64,000 nucleotides of DNA from an uncultured Candidatus Saccharibacteria bacterium. GTDB taxonomy: Bacteria > Patescibacteriota > Saccharimonadia > Saccharimonadales > JAGQNJ01. Location of the stretch: contig CAZNZL010000001.1 in NCBI GenBank assembly GCA_964577565.1, positions 142,566 to 206,565 on the forward strand. Direction: 5' to 3'. Position 1 is the stretch's first letter, and each line of letters begins with the position of its first letter. Below the pieces are notes generated by a model, which saw only the letters and a program-made list of their open reading frames with translations, made no database searches and was not told where the DNA came from. A program made the translations under genes and the position numbers. This document shows positions 1-10,634 of this stretch, in pieces.

Positions 1-305
1 AAGGCTCTTTTAACGGGTTATAATCCCAGCGAGGAGCAATTAGCTCAAGTTGAGAGTGGAAATTTCCTGAATGATGAGATTTCAGAACTTCATCATGAGC
101 ACCCTGATATTCACGAGAGGCTCGGTAAATTTGGTTACCTTTCTGAGTTGGCTCCGGTTATACCCCACTTTGTTGGTTCCTATGTCGTACCAGAAGGTGT
201 AGTAAAAGAAATAATAGGTACGTTATTTATGCGTGGCCGAGAATATCGGGAATGGGGCTGGGGCTTCCCATGGATGTCTGACCATGTTGAGCCGGAGGAT
301 ACAAA

Positions 306-309
<4 letters not shown>
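1..309 (+). CDS. hypothetical protein, 5'-truncated by window edge; not recognisable as an ATP synthase subunit
   Basis: Frame 1 is open from nt 1 to TGA 307-309. The stop overlaps the next start (ATGA at 306-309). The C-terminus ...REWGWGFPWMSDHVEPEDTK does not resemble AtpG or AtpA. Confidence 0.45.
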
Positions 310-1969
<1,660 letters not shown>

Positions 1970-1976
1970 GAGAACC

Positions 1977-2222
1977 ATGGATAGAAACAACCCAGAAGTA
2001 TTACAGTTTTATAGCGACGTCGAAGCGGAAGTAACGAGTCGTTTTAGAAGGGCTGGTTCAGGCATGATGGGCGCAGCATCTGCCGATACGTTAACGCATC
2101 AAATCCGTGCTGAGGTTCGTAGGGAGTTAACTCAGCTGGACGAGCAAAATACTCCACCACATCCACGTAGTCTTGGGAGTGCGGTTTTAACTATGACAAC
2201 CGTGGAGTCACCAGATGCTTAA
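1977..2222 (+). CDS. hypothetical 81-aa protein between atpD and atpC
   Basis: ATG lies 7 nt after the atpD TAG, with AGGAG spanning the stop. The 3' end overlaps the atpC start by 8 nt (ATGCTTAA). No recognisable motif. Confidence 0.5.
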   Translation: MDRNNPEVLQFYSDVEAEVTSRFRRAGSGMMGAASADTLTHQIRAEVRRELTQLDEQNTPPHPRSLGSAVLTMTTVESPDA

Positions 2223-2643
2223 GTTTGAGCTTGTAACATTAAGCGGAACTAAAGTTTCTAATGAGGTGCATGAAGTCTTATTGCCCACGCCGTTAGGCCA
2301 AATTGCGGTTTTTGAACATCATGCCCCGCTCGTAAGCCTTGCTAGCCCTGGCATTATAAAAGTTCGTAACAAACCGAACGATCCCGATGATTTTATGGAA
2401 GTTTTTGCGACCAACGGCGGGGTTATTGAAATAGAAGATAACACAGTAAGAGTGTTAGTTGATGAGGCTGACGATCCAGAAGAAATTAATGAAGCCGAAG
2501 CTGCCCAAGCGCATGAAGAAGCAAAAAAGATGCTTGCAGAATCTAAAGATCAAATATCACTTGACCACGCCCAAAGTCTGCTTGATCGCACAGCGGTCCG
2601 ACTTAAGGTTGCTGAAATAAAACGTCATAGAAAAAGTCGTTAG
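2215..2643 (+). CDS. atpC: F1 ATP synthase epsilon subunit
   Basis: 142 aa. N-terminal beta-sandwich-like sequence (LKFELVTLSGTKV...GQIAVFEHHAPLV) and a C-terminal helical hairpin; position after atpD. Confidence 0.88.
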   Translation: MLKFELVTLSGTKVSNEVHEVLLPTPLGQIAVFEHHAPLVSLASPGIIKVRNKPNDPDDFMEVFATNGGVIEIEDNTVRVLVDEADDPEEINEAEAAQAHEEAKKMLAESKDQISLDHAQSLLDRTAVRLKVAEIKRHRKSR

Positions 2644-2817
2644 TAAACGTTTACCTGCCAAGCGCGTGAGGCGCTTTTTAGCAGGGCTCTGTGCTGCTCT
2701 ATCAAAAAAGCTGCATCAAATTATTGTTTCTGTCTAGTGCTGTAATTTCTACCTCTGTTTATTGATTTTATTACCGTAACGGTATAACCTAGAGGTAATA
2801 TTAAAGGAGGAAGTTTC

Positions 2818-3576
2818 ATGTGGTTTAACCGTGAAAAGCTTGCATTATTATTTGCAGAGCTTATTGGCACGTTTACGCTAACGTTTGCCGTTTTATCAGT
2901 AAGTAAATCTGCCATTGGCATACCCTATTTCGTGGCTATTGGTGCAGGCGTTACATTAGCAATTTTAATTTTGGTGTTTGGCCGTACGCCCGGTTTGCAC
3001 ATTAACCCAGCTGTTACGTTTGGCATGTGGGCTATTCGCAAAATTGACACCGTATCTGCCTTGCTATTTATTGCAGTGCAATTTATGGGTGCAGCCTTTG
3101 CTTGGCGTTTGTACACGTATTTCATTGAAAACCAAATTGAAAATATCGCCGGCAGTAGTTTTGACTGGCGAATTTTAATTGCTGAACTGGTTGGTACCGC
3201 ATTATTTGTCATGGGTGTGGCTGCGGCAGTGTATAAGGGCTACGAACGTGTAACGCTTGCCGTGACAGCAGGTGGTGCGTTATTGGTTGGTATCGTGGTA
3301 GCATCTTCGGTATCAAACGGCATTTTGAACCCCGCGGTAGCGCTTGGTGTACAGTCATGGGATAAGGCATATGTGATTGGTCCGCTAGCTGGTGGTTTGA
3401 TTGGTGCTAACCTGTATGCGCTATTGTATGCGGGTGATCGTATTGGTATTTCAGCAAAACGACCGGCTTTCTTGAATGTGCGTTCTCGAACCAAAACAGC
3501 TGCTTCAAGTCGAACCTCAGCTAGAACAAAATCAAAAACAACAAAAAAACCGACCGCTCGCAAAAAGAAGCGCTAG
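2818..3576 (+). CDS. MIP-family channel (aquaporin/glycerol facilitator type) with a Lys/Arg/Thr-rich C-terminal tail
   Basis: Two NPA motifs (HINPAVTFG, LNPAVALG), six hydrophobic segments, SD AAAGGAGGAAG upstream. Confidence 0.9.
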   Translation: MWFNREKLALLFAELIGTFTLTFAVLSVSKSAIGIPYFVAIGAGVTLAILILVFGRTPGLHINPAVTFGMWAIRKIDTVSALLFIAVQFMGAAFAWRLYTYFIENQIENIAGSSFDWRILIAELVGTALFVMGVAAAVYKGYERVTLAVTAGGALLVGIVVASSVSNGILNPAVALGVQSWDKAYVIGPLAGGLIGANLYALLYAGDRIGISAKRPAFLNVRSRTKTAASSRTSARTKSKTTKKPTARKKKR

Positions 3577-3591
3577 GTCATAGACAATAGT

Positions 3592-3622
3592 AAAAAAGCC
3601 CCGTTTTAGTGCGGGGCTTTTT
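3592..3622. terminator. bidirectional intrinsic terminator between convergent genes
   Basis: aaaaaaGCCCCGttttagtgCGGGGCttttt: GC-rich stem flanked by an A-run and a T-run. Confidence 0.7.
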
Positions 3623-3643
3623 ACATGTGGCTACATCTATAAA

Positions 3644-6600
3644 TTAGGTCGTATACTTGCCTGCAATAAGATCTTCTTCAAATTGCAACACTCCTTTAAT
3701 AGTGTGTTCATAAGCAGACGTATCAGGGAAGTTAAGCGATTGGATATTACGCCACACTGCTTGGATTAAAGTTATGAAACGGTCAAGCTCGTTTTGTTTA
3801 TAGATAATTTTGAGGGGCTTTAAAAGCTTGCCGCTGTCATCGCTTTCTATAAACTCTAAAGCACCGGATGACACATGGTATTTAGCCTGGAATGCCGCCG
3901 AGTGCTCTACTAATAGTTTATAAAACATCAATTGTTGGTGGTATTTGTGCAATTTTAACTGTTCGTAATCGTACCTGCCCTTCCAGCTTGACGAGGGTTT
4001 GCCGGTTTTGTAATCTACGACGCAAATTTGGCCAGGGCCCTCAATGGTCATTTTATCTATTTTTCCGGTTAAATGAGCTTCACCAAGCAATACGCCTTCA
4101 TTGCCAAAGCCTCTCTCAATAATAGCATCGGTAGTAATGGTGTTTTCTCGTTTTTTAATATAGTGCGCAAGTGCATTTTTGCCACGATCAGCAAAGAGTT
4201 TAAACTCGTTGTCGGAGATATGCTTGCGCTGCAGCATATCACAAAAATAATCTTCTATTTGTTGACGTGTTGGTATTGATCCGGTTGAACTGTATTCTCC
4301 ATAGATCCATTGTAGTGTTTTGTGGATAGCATCGCCGTAGGCAGCATGGGGTGTCATGGCTTCTGGGAAGCGTAACAGGTTATGGGTTAAAAAGTACTCT
4401 GGACCCGCATTGATGATATCTAAGTAATTATTAAGATGCGTAACGCTTAGTTTGTAGTTGGCTAAGATTGGCTGCAGCAACGTAGGCTTATCGGCAATAA
4501 TGTCTTTAAATCGGTAGGCCCAGTCTTTTTGTAGAATAGTTTCTGACTCTTCTTCGCTGGCCAAGTTGACAAACTGTGGCGCCAAAACCGGATGAATCAC
4601 CTCCTGGCTGCTGTTACCGCCAATAAAACTTAAACCAAGCGACAACTTGTTATCAAAGTTGTGCGTATAGCTCGTAATGAACAGGCTGTGTTTCGCGCGT
4701 GTTAAGGCTACATAAAACAGGCGCAGCCGATCATTAATATCATCACCCGCCGGTTTAATTGGCAAATTGCGAGGCAAACGGATTCTGTCCGCTCGTGATC
4801 GGGCACTTTGGCCCCATACCTCATCTTGGGCGTTAATAACAAACACGACGCTAAATTCTAGCCCCTTGGCTTTATAGGCCGTCATTACTTGCACGGCGTT
4901 GGTGGTCTGGGTGTGGGGATTAGTGTCAATGATTTTCAGGCCTGCCTGTTCGTGCAAGCGCACAAACTCAACAAAATCACGAAGAAGCAGGCCTTTATCA
5001 GGCTGCCAGGCACGTAAACGATGACGAAGGGTTGCTAATTGACCCAGCAGTGCCAGATAGGTGTCGGTTTGCGTATTAAAACGTGTTTTACTAAAGTGGT
5101 ACTCTCTAAAAGGTGACTGAAAGCCTTCATTTTGAACAAGTTTAGTTGGTACCGGTTCGGCGTTTTCATTTGAGTCGATTATGGTCTCGTTATTGCCAAT
5201 AAGCCGGTCAAGCATATATTCAAGCGGCATCGTATTGCTTTGCTGAGCACCTTCTAAAAACCACCGCGCAATGTGGCTGATTCGCCTATCGGTGTGTGTG
5301 AGCATACACTCAAGCCACCGGGTGCCATTTTCGTAACATTGCAAGCTCAAATAAGCGACCGTTTCAAGACCAATTCCCCAAAACGGATAGGTTAAAACTT
5401 CTCCAAACAGCGCATCGGTGGCAGTGTGGTCATTTTGGGCAAGCGCATCGGTTAAGCGGCACATTGTAATAAGTTGTCGCATTGCAGGCGCATCAAGAAT
5501 ATTTTCTTTGCGCTCATACGCGACGGGGATTTTTTGCGAGCCAATATATGGCATAAACCGTTCAAGGTATTTGTGTTTCGGCGCAATAACAGCAATATCA
5601 TTAGGCGATATGCCGGCTTCAATCATTTCATTAATTTTTTCGGCAACCCATTGATATTGTTGGAGTTCGCTTGGAAGAACGGTTTGTGTCACAACGTTTG
5701 CTGGCAAACTGGCTTTGGCTGCCAGTTTTTTATCAACGTTATCCAGCAAATCTTCAAGTCGATTAGCGGCTTGTTTGACCAGTAATGTGCTAACATCAAG
5801 AATAGTTTGGGTTGAACGGTAATTATCGGTGAGCGTAATTAGTTTCACGTCGCGGTATTGGTTAACAAAATCAAGCATAGTAGAACTTTCAGCACCTTGA
5901 AACGCATAAATAGCTTGATCATCATCACCAACAGCCATGATATTGGGTCTTCCCTCATTGACCGGGTTTTGACCCAAGGCATGCATTATACGAGCCTGTG
6001 CTTTATTAGTATCTTGAAATTCGTCGATTAAGATGTACTGGTAACGTTCTTGTAAATTGAGACGTAATTCTTCGTTTGCTTCAAGCGCGTGAACAACTTC
6101 AATGATCATATCATCAAAATCATATAACCCTCGTTCTGTCATTTTTTGTTGCAAGCGATGATAAACTTTGCGCAAACTATACATTTTTTTTAGGGCTTTG
6201 CCGCTGTCTTTAAAAACGTAGCTTCCTTCGTCATTCTTTTCTAGCCATTTACTGCGCCATGCCGTTATTGATGGCACATAACGTGTTGAGCCTTGGGCTT
6301 GTTCTATGGCAAACGCAAGATCGGTGGCGCATGCTTCAGCGTAACTCGAGAAAGCAAATTTAGATTCGGCATTGTATTGCTGCATTGTTTTTAAAAGCAG
6401 AAGGTAGTTAGGCATGTGTTTAGCGCTTGGTGATGATACAAAAGTTTTTTGTATGACAGGCGTTAGCTTATCAATAAAACCAGCATTATCTTTTAAGACA
6501 TCTTCTAACTCGCTCGGTGTTAAGGCATTTTGTTTTAGCCAGCTAATGGTATGCAGGCTGTCACGTAAAAATATAAAATCTTCACCTACTTTTGTACTTA

Positions 6601-7009
6601 AAGGGTCGCTGTGCGGCAGATCTTCAAAGACTTGTCGCAAGATTTCATAGCTCCCAAGTTCGTCAATGGGCTGCAAAAGAGGGCGTTTTAGAAAATAATC
6701 CGGATACTGGTTGATAATATCAGAACCAAAACTATGAAAAGTATGAATGCTGACATGATATGCCGACTGTCCGATGATCTGTTCGAGGCGCTCGCGCATG
6801 TTCCGAGCCGCATTATCAGTAAATGTAATACACAAAATATTGTTAGGATTAATATCAGCTTTGCGAATAATGTTTGCCACACGCATACTTAGCAACTGAG
6901 TTTTGCCTGTGCCGGGTCCGGCTAGAACAAGCATGGGGCCGTCAATGGTGTTAACGGCCTCTTTTTGGCGTTCATTTAACTTGGCGTACTTTGCCTCGAA
7001 CTCACTCAT
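3644..7009 (-). CDS. UvrD/PcrA-type superfamily-1 helicase fused to a C-terminal PD-(D/E)XK (AddA/RecB-type) nuclease domain
   Basis: 1121 aa. Walker A AGPGTGKTQ, DEFQDT (motif II) and TDNYRS. C-terminal nuclease motifs GDAIHK, GKIDK, VVDYKTGK and QQLMFY. Confidence 0.85.
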   Translation of the reverse strand: MSEFEAKYAKLNERQKEAVNTIDGPMLVLAGPGTGKTQLLSMRVANIIRKADINPNNILCITFTDNAARNMRERLEQIIGQSAYHVSIHTFHSFGSDIINQYPDYFLKRPLLQPIDELGSYEILRQVFEDLPHSDPLSTKVGEDFIFLRDSLHTISWLKQNALTPSELEDVLKDNAGFIDKLTPVIQKTFVSSPSAKHMPNYLLLLKTMQQYNAESKFAFSSYAEACATDLAFAIEQAQGSTRYVPSITAWRSKWLEKNDEGSYVFKDSGKALKKMYSLRKVYHRLQQKMTERGLYDFDDMIIEVVHALEANEELRLNLQERYQYILIDEFQDTNKAQARIMHALGQNPVNEGRPNIMAVGDDDQAIYAFQGAESSTMLDFVNQYRDVKLITLTDNYRSTQTILDVSTLLVKQAANRLEDLLDNVDKKLAAKASLPANVVTQTVLPSELQQYQWVAEKINEMIEAGISPNDIAVIAPKHKYLERFMPYIGSQKIPVAYERKENILDAPAMRQLITMCRLTDALAQNDHTATDALFGEVLTYPFWGIGLETVAYLSLQCYENGTRWLECMLTHTDRRISHIARWFLEGAQQSNTMPLEYMLDRLIGNNETIIDSNENAEPVPTKLVQNEGFQSPFREYHFSKTRFNTQTDTYLALLGQLATLRHRLRAWQPDKGLLLRDFVEFVRLHEQAGLKIIDTNPHTQTTNAVQVMTAYKAKGLEFSVVFVINAQDEVWGQSARSRADRIRLPRNLPIKPAGDDINDRLRLFYVALTRAKHSLFITSYTHNFDNKLSLGLSFIGGNSSQEVIHPVLAPQFVNLASEEESETILQKDWAYRFKDIIADKPTLLQPILANYKLSVTHLNNYLDIINAGPEYFLTHNLLRFPEAMTPHAAYGDAIHKTLQWIYGEYSSTGSIPTRQQIEDYFCDMLQRKHISDNEFKLFADRGKNALAHYIKKRENTITTDAIIERGFGNEGVLLGEAHLTGKIDKMTIEGPGQICVVDYKTGKPSSSWKGRYDYEQLKLHKYHQQLMFYKLLVEHSAAFQAKYHVSSGALEFIESDDSGKLLKPLKIIYKQNELDRFITLIQAVWRNIQSLNFPDTSAYEHTIKGVLQFEEDLIAGKYTT

Positions 7010-7065
7010 TGTATGTAATTGTAACCCGATCTACTGTCACTAAGAACTATCTTGTAACTACGCGC

Positions 7066-7671
7066 TTACAATATTGTGCTCCAGTAATACCAAAATCGGT
7101 GAATGATGAGGGCTACTATTGTTACGTACCAGACTACAAGAATGTCGGCATGGTGGCGTTGCATAAACAGCACAATATTGTTAAAGCGAGCAGGAGTACG
7201 TATATGACCCTCTTTTAAATTATGCAGCGTGGTATACCAGAACAACGGCCAGGTTACGCTCCAAACTACCATGCAGTAGATACAAAGCGCACCAATTGAA
7301 TAGAGACTTTGATATGCCAGCCACAGACAAAAAAGTAAGCCAAAGGTTGTGCCGGCCTGCAAACCTCTCCAAAACCAGCGTTTAAACTGCGCACCCGCAA
7401 AAAGCGCCATGCCTACGGTAACAACTACGCTATAACCAACTAAGCCGATAAATGGATTAGGAAACCCAAACGCCGATGCTTGCGGTGTTCTAATAATTGA
7501 ACCACAACTCAAAACCGGATTTAGATTACAGGACGGTTGATAATCAGGGTTTTTAAGCAGCTCAATTTTCTCTAGCGATAAGATAAAAGCGCATATAAGT
7601 CCAATTGCACCCAAAACTACAAGTAGCCACGGTAAGACGTGTTTGAGCTTTTTTGTTCCAAGCTTTGCCAT
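7066..7671 (-). CDS. vitamin K epoxide reductase (VKOR) family membrane protein
   Basis: Loop Cys pair PSCNLNPVLSCGS plus the CIYC redox motif in a TM helix; 4-5 hydrophobic segments. Confidence 0.8.
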   Translation of the reverse strand: MAKLGTKKLKHVLPWLLVVLGAIGLICAFILSLEKIELLKNPDYQPSCNLNPVLSCGSIIRTPQASAFGFPNPFIGLVGYSVVVTVGMALFAGAQFKRWFWRGLQAGTTFGLLFCLWLAYQSLYSIGALCIYCMVVWSVTWPLFWYTTLHNLKEGHIRTPARFNNIVLFMQRHHADILVVWYVTIVALIIHRFWYYWSTIL

Positions 7672-7689
7672 TAGCGCTATTATATCACT

Positions 7690-8076
7690 TTAAGGGGTGC
7701 TTGTGCCATCGAGGCGATAGATTCTGTCATGATCGAGACCAAAAAAATGAGCAATTTCATGCCACAGGGTATGTTTAATGTTAGCTTTCAGCTCGGTCTT
7801 ATTTCTGCTTGTTGATTCAAGCGGCTTTTTAAATAGTATTATCTTATCAGGCAAAACCAGGCTATAATTATTGCCCCGCTGCGTTAAGGGAATACCTTCA
7901 TAAAGCCCAAAAAGTGTTTGACCAAAATGCAAATGCAGTTTTTGGCGCTGCTCTTCGGTTGGTTCATCTTCAGTAACAATTGCCACATTATTAAGGCGCT
8001 CCACGTACTCTTTTGGAAGCTCGTCAAGTGCCTGGTTGATCATCTGCTCAAACTCTTCATTAGTAACTATATACAT
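7690..8076 (-). CDS. small zincin-like metallopeptidase family protein (Zincin_1/DUF1025-like)
   Basis: HEIAHFFG (HExxH) near the C-terminus. N-terminus MYIVTNEEFEQMINQALDELP is typical of the family. ATG 8076 is preferred over the upstream TTG 8106. Confidence 0.7.
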   Translation of the reverse strand: MYIVTNEEFEQMINQALDELPKEYVERLNNVAIVTEDEPTEEQRQKLHLHFGQTLFGLYEGIPLTQRGNNYSLVLPDKIILFKKPLESTSRNKTELKANIKHTLWHEIAHFFGLDHDRIYRLDGTSTP

Positions 8077-8104
8077 TAAAGTTATTATAGCGGGCAGTTG
8101 ATAC

Positions 8105-8135
8105 AAAAAACAGCCGTGTTTTCACGGCTGTTTTT
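8105..8135. terminator. intrinsic terminator downstream of the Pro-rich ORF (minus strand), symmetric flanks
   Basis: aaaaaaCAGCCGTGttttCACGGCTGttttt. Confidence 0.7.
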
Positions 8136-8153
8136 AAGGTAGTCAGATTATTC

Positions 8154-8396
8154 TTACAGCGAGTTTCCAGCAGGAGGAACATCTGTTGGAGCTTCGTTGC
8201 TCTGAGCCGGTACTCCTAAATCTTCACCACCTGGTACTGGTTGCTCTGGGGCTACCGGTGCTTCGGGAGCTGCTGGCGCTTCAGGAGCAGGTGCAGCTGG
8301 GTCAACCGGAGGTTGTTGTACTGGTTCTTGTGGTGTTTGAGGCTCATCTGGTGTTGGCACAGGGTTCACGCCTGGATCTGGTGTTTGTGGGTCCAT
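8154..8396 (-). CDS. proline/glutamate/alanine-rich low-complexity 80-aa protein
   Basis: SD AAGGAG 6 nt upstream of the ATG and its own terminator. Sequence dominated by P-E-A-P-type repeats (APAPEAPAAPEAPVAPEQP). Confidence 0.55.
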   Translation of the reverse strand: MDPQTPDPGVNPVPTPDEPQTPQEPVQQPPVDPAAPAPEAPAAPEAPVAPEQPVPGGEDLGVPAQSNEAPTDVPPAGNSL

Positions 8397-8481
8397 ATAG
8401 GTCTCCTTATTGATTTTAATAGTAACTTCTTTACCTTACTACATTATTAACGTAACAGCAAAGCGATTGTAAAGTTTACAC

Positions 8482-9003
8482 CTATGCTGGTACGATTTTG
8501 CCACAAGCCAAGCGAGGTCCGCCGCTATGGCCGGACCCGGCTTCGCCTGGGGTGTGCGGGTCTTCATTTGCATGAACCATTAATGACGTGCCCTCTGTTG
8601 CCTGCAAGATTGAAACCGGCCCATCAGAAAGCGTAACGCGAGTGGTAATCGCTTCTAAAATACCCTTGCCTGTCTCATCGATGACAATGCTTGGCAGGTC
8701 TCCCGCGTGAAAACCATGATTAGCATCCGGATCGGTATTGCCGCTGGGGCCTGGATCAAAATGCCCGCCCGCACATTTAAAACCGTTGCATTCACAATCG
8801 CCCTTTTCATGAATGTGAACCGCATGGTTGCCGGGTGTTAGGGTTTTTGGATTACCGCTGAGCTCTAACCGCATATATACATAGGGCCAATTATTAATCT
8901 GATACTCGGTAAACTGGGCAGTACCTTTGATATCTGGTCCGCTAATGTTTGCCTTGGCGCGTTTGGTAATAGCTTTGTCATCTGATTGTAAGAGTATTGT
9001 CAT
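8482..9003 (-). CDS. sodC: Cu/Zn superoxide dismutase, apparently without a signal peptide
   Basis: HAVHIHEKGDC, GGHFDP, HAGDLP, MVHANEDP and the C-terminal ...RLACGKI. SD AAAGGAAAG. The in-frame upstream region has no alternative start. Confidence 0.88.
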   Translation of the reverse strand: MTILLQSDDKAITKRAKANISGPDIKGTAQFTEYQINNWPYVYMRLELSGNPKTLTPGNHAVHIHEKGDCECNGFKCAGGHFDPGPSGNTDPDANHGFHAGDLPSIVIDETGKGILEAITTRVTLSDGPVSILQATEGTSLMVHANEDPHTPGEAGSGHSGGPRLACGKIVPA

Positions 9004-9128
9004 TGGCGTCTTTCCTTTCGTATCATAAAATATATAGTTCCTATAAGTAGAAGCGTAACGATCGTAAACAAAACTATACTTTTTGTGGCCAGCGAATGGC
9101 TGATTGAGTGATGGGCGATTACGTGCAT
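9000..9128 (-). CDS. candidate 42-aa His-rich single-TM mini-protein coupled to sodC (or a frameshifted SodC membrane anchor)
   Basis: My own translation: MHVIAHHSISHSLATKSIVLFTIVTLLLIGTIYFMIRKERRQ. Its TGA overlaps the sodC ATG (ATGA). No clear SD. Confidence 0.3.
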   Translation of the reverse strand: MHVIAHHSISHSLATKSIVLFTIVTLLLIGTIYFMIRKERRQ

Positions 9129-9146
9129 GTAATCATTATACGATAC

Positions 9147-9716
9147 TTACGATCGACTGGCAGCTTTAGAACGAATAAGTACCCATAATAGGGCCGCCAA
9201 AACAAACAGAATGCCGCTATAGAATATGATGCCTCCGTATAGTTCTACTTTATATCCTTCGCTGGGGAACATATTAAAATAACGTATGGCTGCAGCAGCA
9301 TAGGCGCCCGAACAGACAAGTGCCGTAAATGCCAGTGCCCGTCCACTATACTCTAGAGCAACAATAATTAATGGAATGGCATACAAAATAATAGCGTTAC
9401 TGGCCATGCCTCGTTCGGCGTAAATGCTATAGGTAGCAATGCCAATATACATGGCAATTTGTAAAAAGATAATGCCGCGATAATAACTTGGTCTTAATCG
9501 TGGCTTGTGGCTAAACCACCACAGTGTTGCGTTAATGCTCATGACTGCCAATATGACAAACCATCGCGTTTGCAGTGCATTGGGCGTTAAAAGGCGCCAT
9601 GCCTGATATATAGCTGTAGATAGAATATACACTGCAATAAATACAAAACCAAGCCGAGCCGTTCTGAGGCTGGCAAGGTGCATACGGTTGCTTTCAGATA
9701 CTTCTGCTTTGTTCAT
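9147..9716 (-). CDS. polytopic membrane protein, unknown function
   Basis: 189 aa with about six hydrophobic segments; no motif recognised. Confidence 0.6.
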   Translation of the reverse strand: MNKAEVSESNRMHLASLRTARLGFVFIAVYILSTAIYQAWRLLTPNALQTRWFVILAVMSINATLWWFSHKPRLRPSYYRGIIFLQIAMYIGIATYSIYAERGMASNAIILYAIPLIIVALEYSGRALAFTALVCSGAYAAAAIRYFNMFPSEGYKVELYGGIIFYSGILFVLAALLWVLIRSKAASRS

Positions 9717-9772
9717 CTGTAAATATTAAACATAAGGGTAATCGTATTGTCAATTTTGTTACGGGTGAATAT

Positions 9773-10276
9773 CTACCAGCCGCCTTTAACGCGAAACCAT
9801 TTCCATATTAATCCATCAAGCAGCAGATGGCTGAAGTAGCCTGTAACAGCTGCCCCGTAAAATAGTAGGCTTGGTATTAGATTGTCGTGTTGGTATAAGT
9901 ATGGGATTGCTACAATGGGTATGGGTACCAGTAGCATTGCCAATTTATTATGTGTCCATCCCCTATGCTTGCCCACGATTGGTGTCATTGCCAGCAGTCC
10001 CAAATATGCAGCGGCTTCAAGCCGGCCAACTAGAATCAATAACACATTAAGACTAAAGGCAATGCCATAAAAAATGTCTTGTGCTTTAGAATTTGTATCA
10101 ACATCCGGCCAAAGACCAAACAGCATAGCTACTACAAATAGCGCCGCAAGCATTTGCCAGCTACTCAGCATACCGCCTGTTTTAGTCGCAATATCACCCG
10201 GAAGTACAGAAATAACCGCAACATATGCAAAGCAACCAATAACTGCGCCTCCCAAGTGCCCTTTATAATTAGCCAT
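9773..10276 (-). CDS. membrane-bound metal-dependent hydrolase family (YdjM/DUF457-like)
   Basis: N-terminal KGHLGGA, then GKHRGWTHN and FSHLLLDG His-rich motifs in a multi-TM protein. Confidence 0.65.
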   Translation of the reverse strand: MANYKGHLGGAVIGCFAYVAVISVLPGDIATKTGGMLSSWQMLAALFVVAMLFGLWPDVDTNSKAQDIFYGIAFSLNVLLILVGRLEAAAYLGLLAMTPIVGKHRGWTHNKLAMLLVPIPIVAIPYLYQHDNLIPSLLFYGAAVTGYFSHLLLDGLIWKWFRVKGGW

Positions 10277-10331
10277 GGCTTAAATATGTACCGCTTATGG
10301 TTGTGAGTCAAGTCAGGTTGCGCTTACGATG

Positions 10332-10595
10332 TTAATTACTCGACTGGCGACTAAAGTATTTAATAAGGGCAATCACAATAACAGAACCAATTACAGGAAA
10401 CACGAACGCGTTGAACGTTATAAGAAATTCCGATGTTTTATCAAAGAGCGCAAATAAACTGCCACCAGCTAGGGCTCCCATAATGCCATAGCCGATGTAT
10501 TTGTATGTTACTGTGTTGTTTTGATTGTCTTCTACCATTGCCGCAATCCAACCGGACAATGCCCCAAAAATTACCCAAAAGAAAATGAGTATCAC
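10332..10595 (-). CDS. GlsB/YeaQ/YmgE-family transglycosylase-associated small membrane protein
   Basis: 87 aa. FGALSGWIAAMV and GIMGALAGG glycine-zipper helices. GTG start with SD AAGGAGGAG. Confidence 0.75.
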   Translation of the reverse strand: MILIFFWVIFGALSGWIAAMVEDNQNNTVTYKYIGYGIMGALAGGSLFALFDKTSEFLITFNAFVFPVIGSVIVIALIKYFSRQSSN

Positions 10596-10634
10596 GCGTA
10601 TCTCCTCCTTGCTATTGTTGTTTGAGCCATTTTT

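Noticed and set aside
2700-2817. Possible structured element upstream of the aquaporin gene (7-bp TACCTCT/AGAGGTA pairing enclosing a TACCGTAACGGTA hairpin).
   Set aside because: The stems are short and AT-rich, with no U-run or alternative pairing, so there is not enough to call a riboswitch.
8186-8450. Two plus-strand ORFs (75 and 69 aa) opposite the proline-rich gene.
   Set aside because: They are antisense reading frames of a GC-rich repetitive segment. The minus-strand frame is the one with an SD and a terminator.
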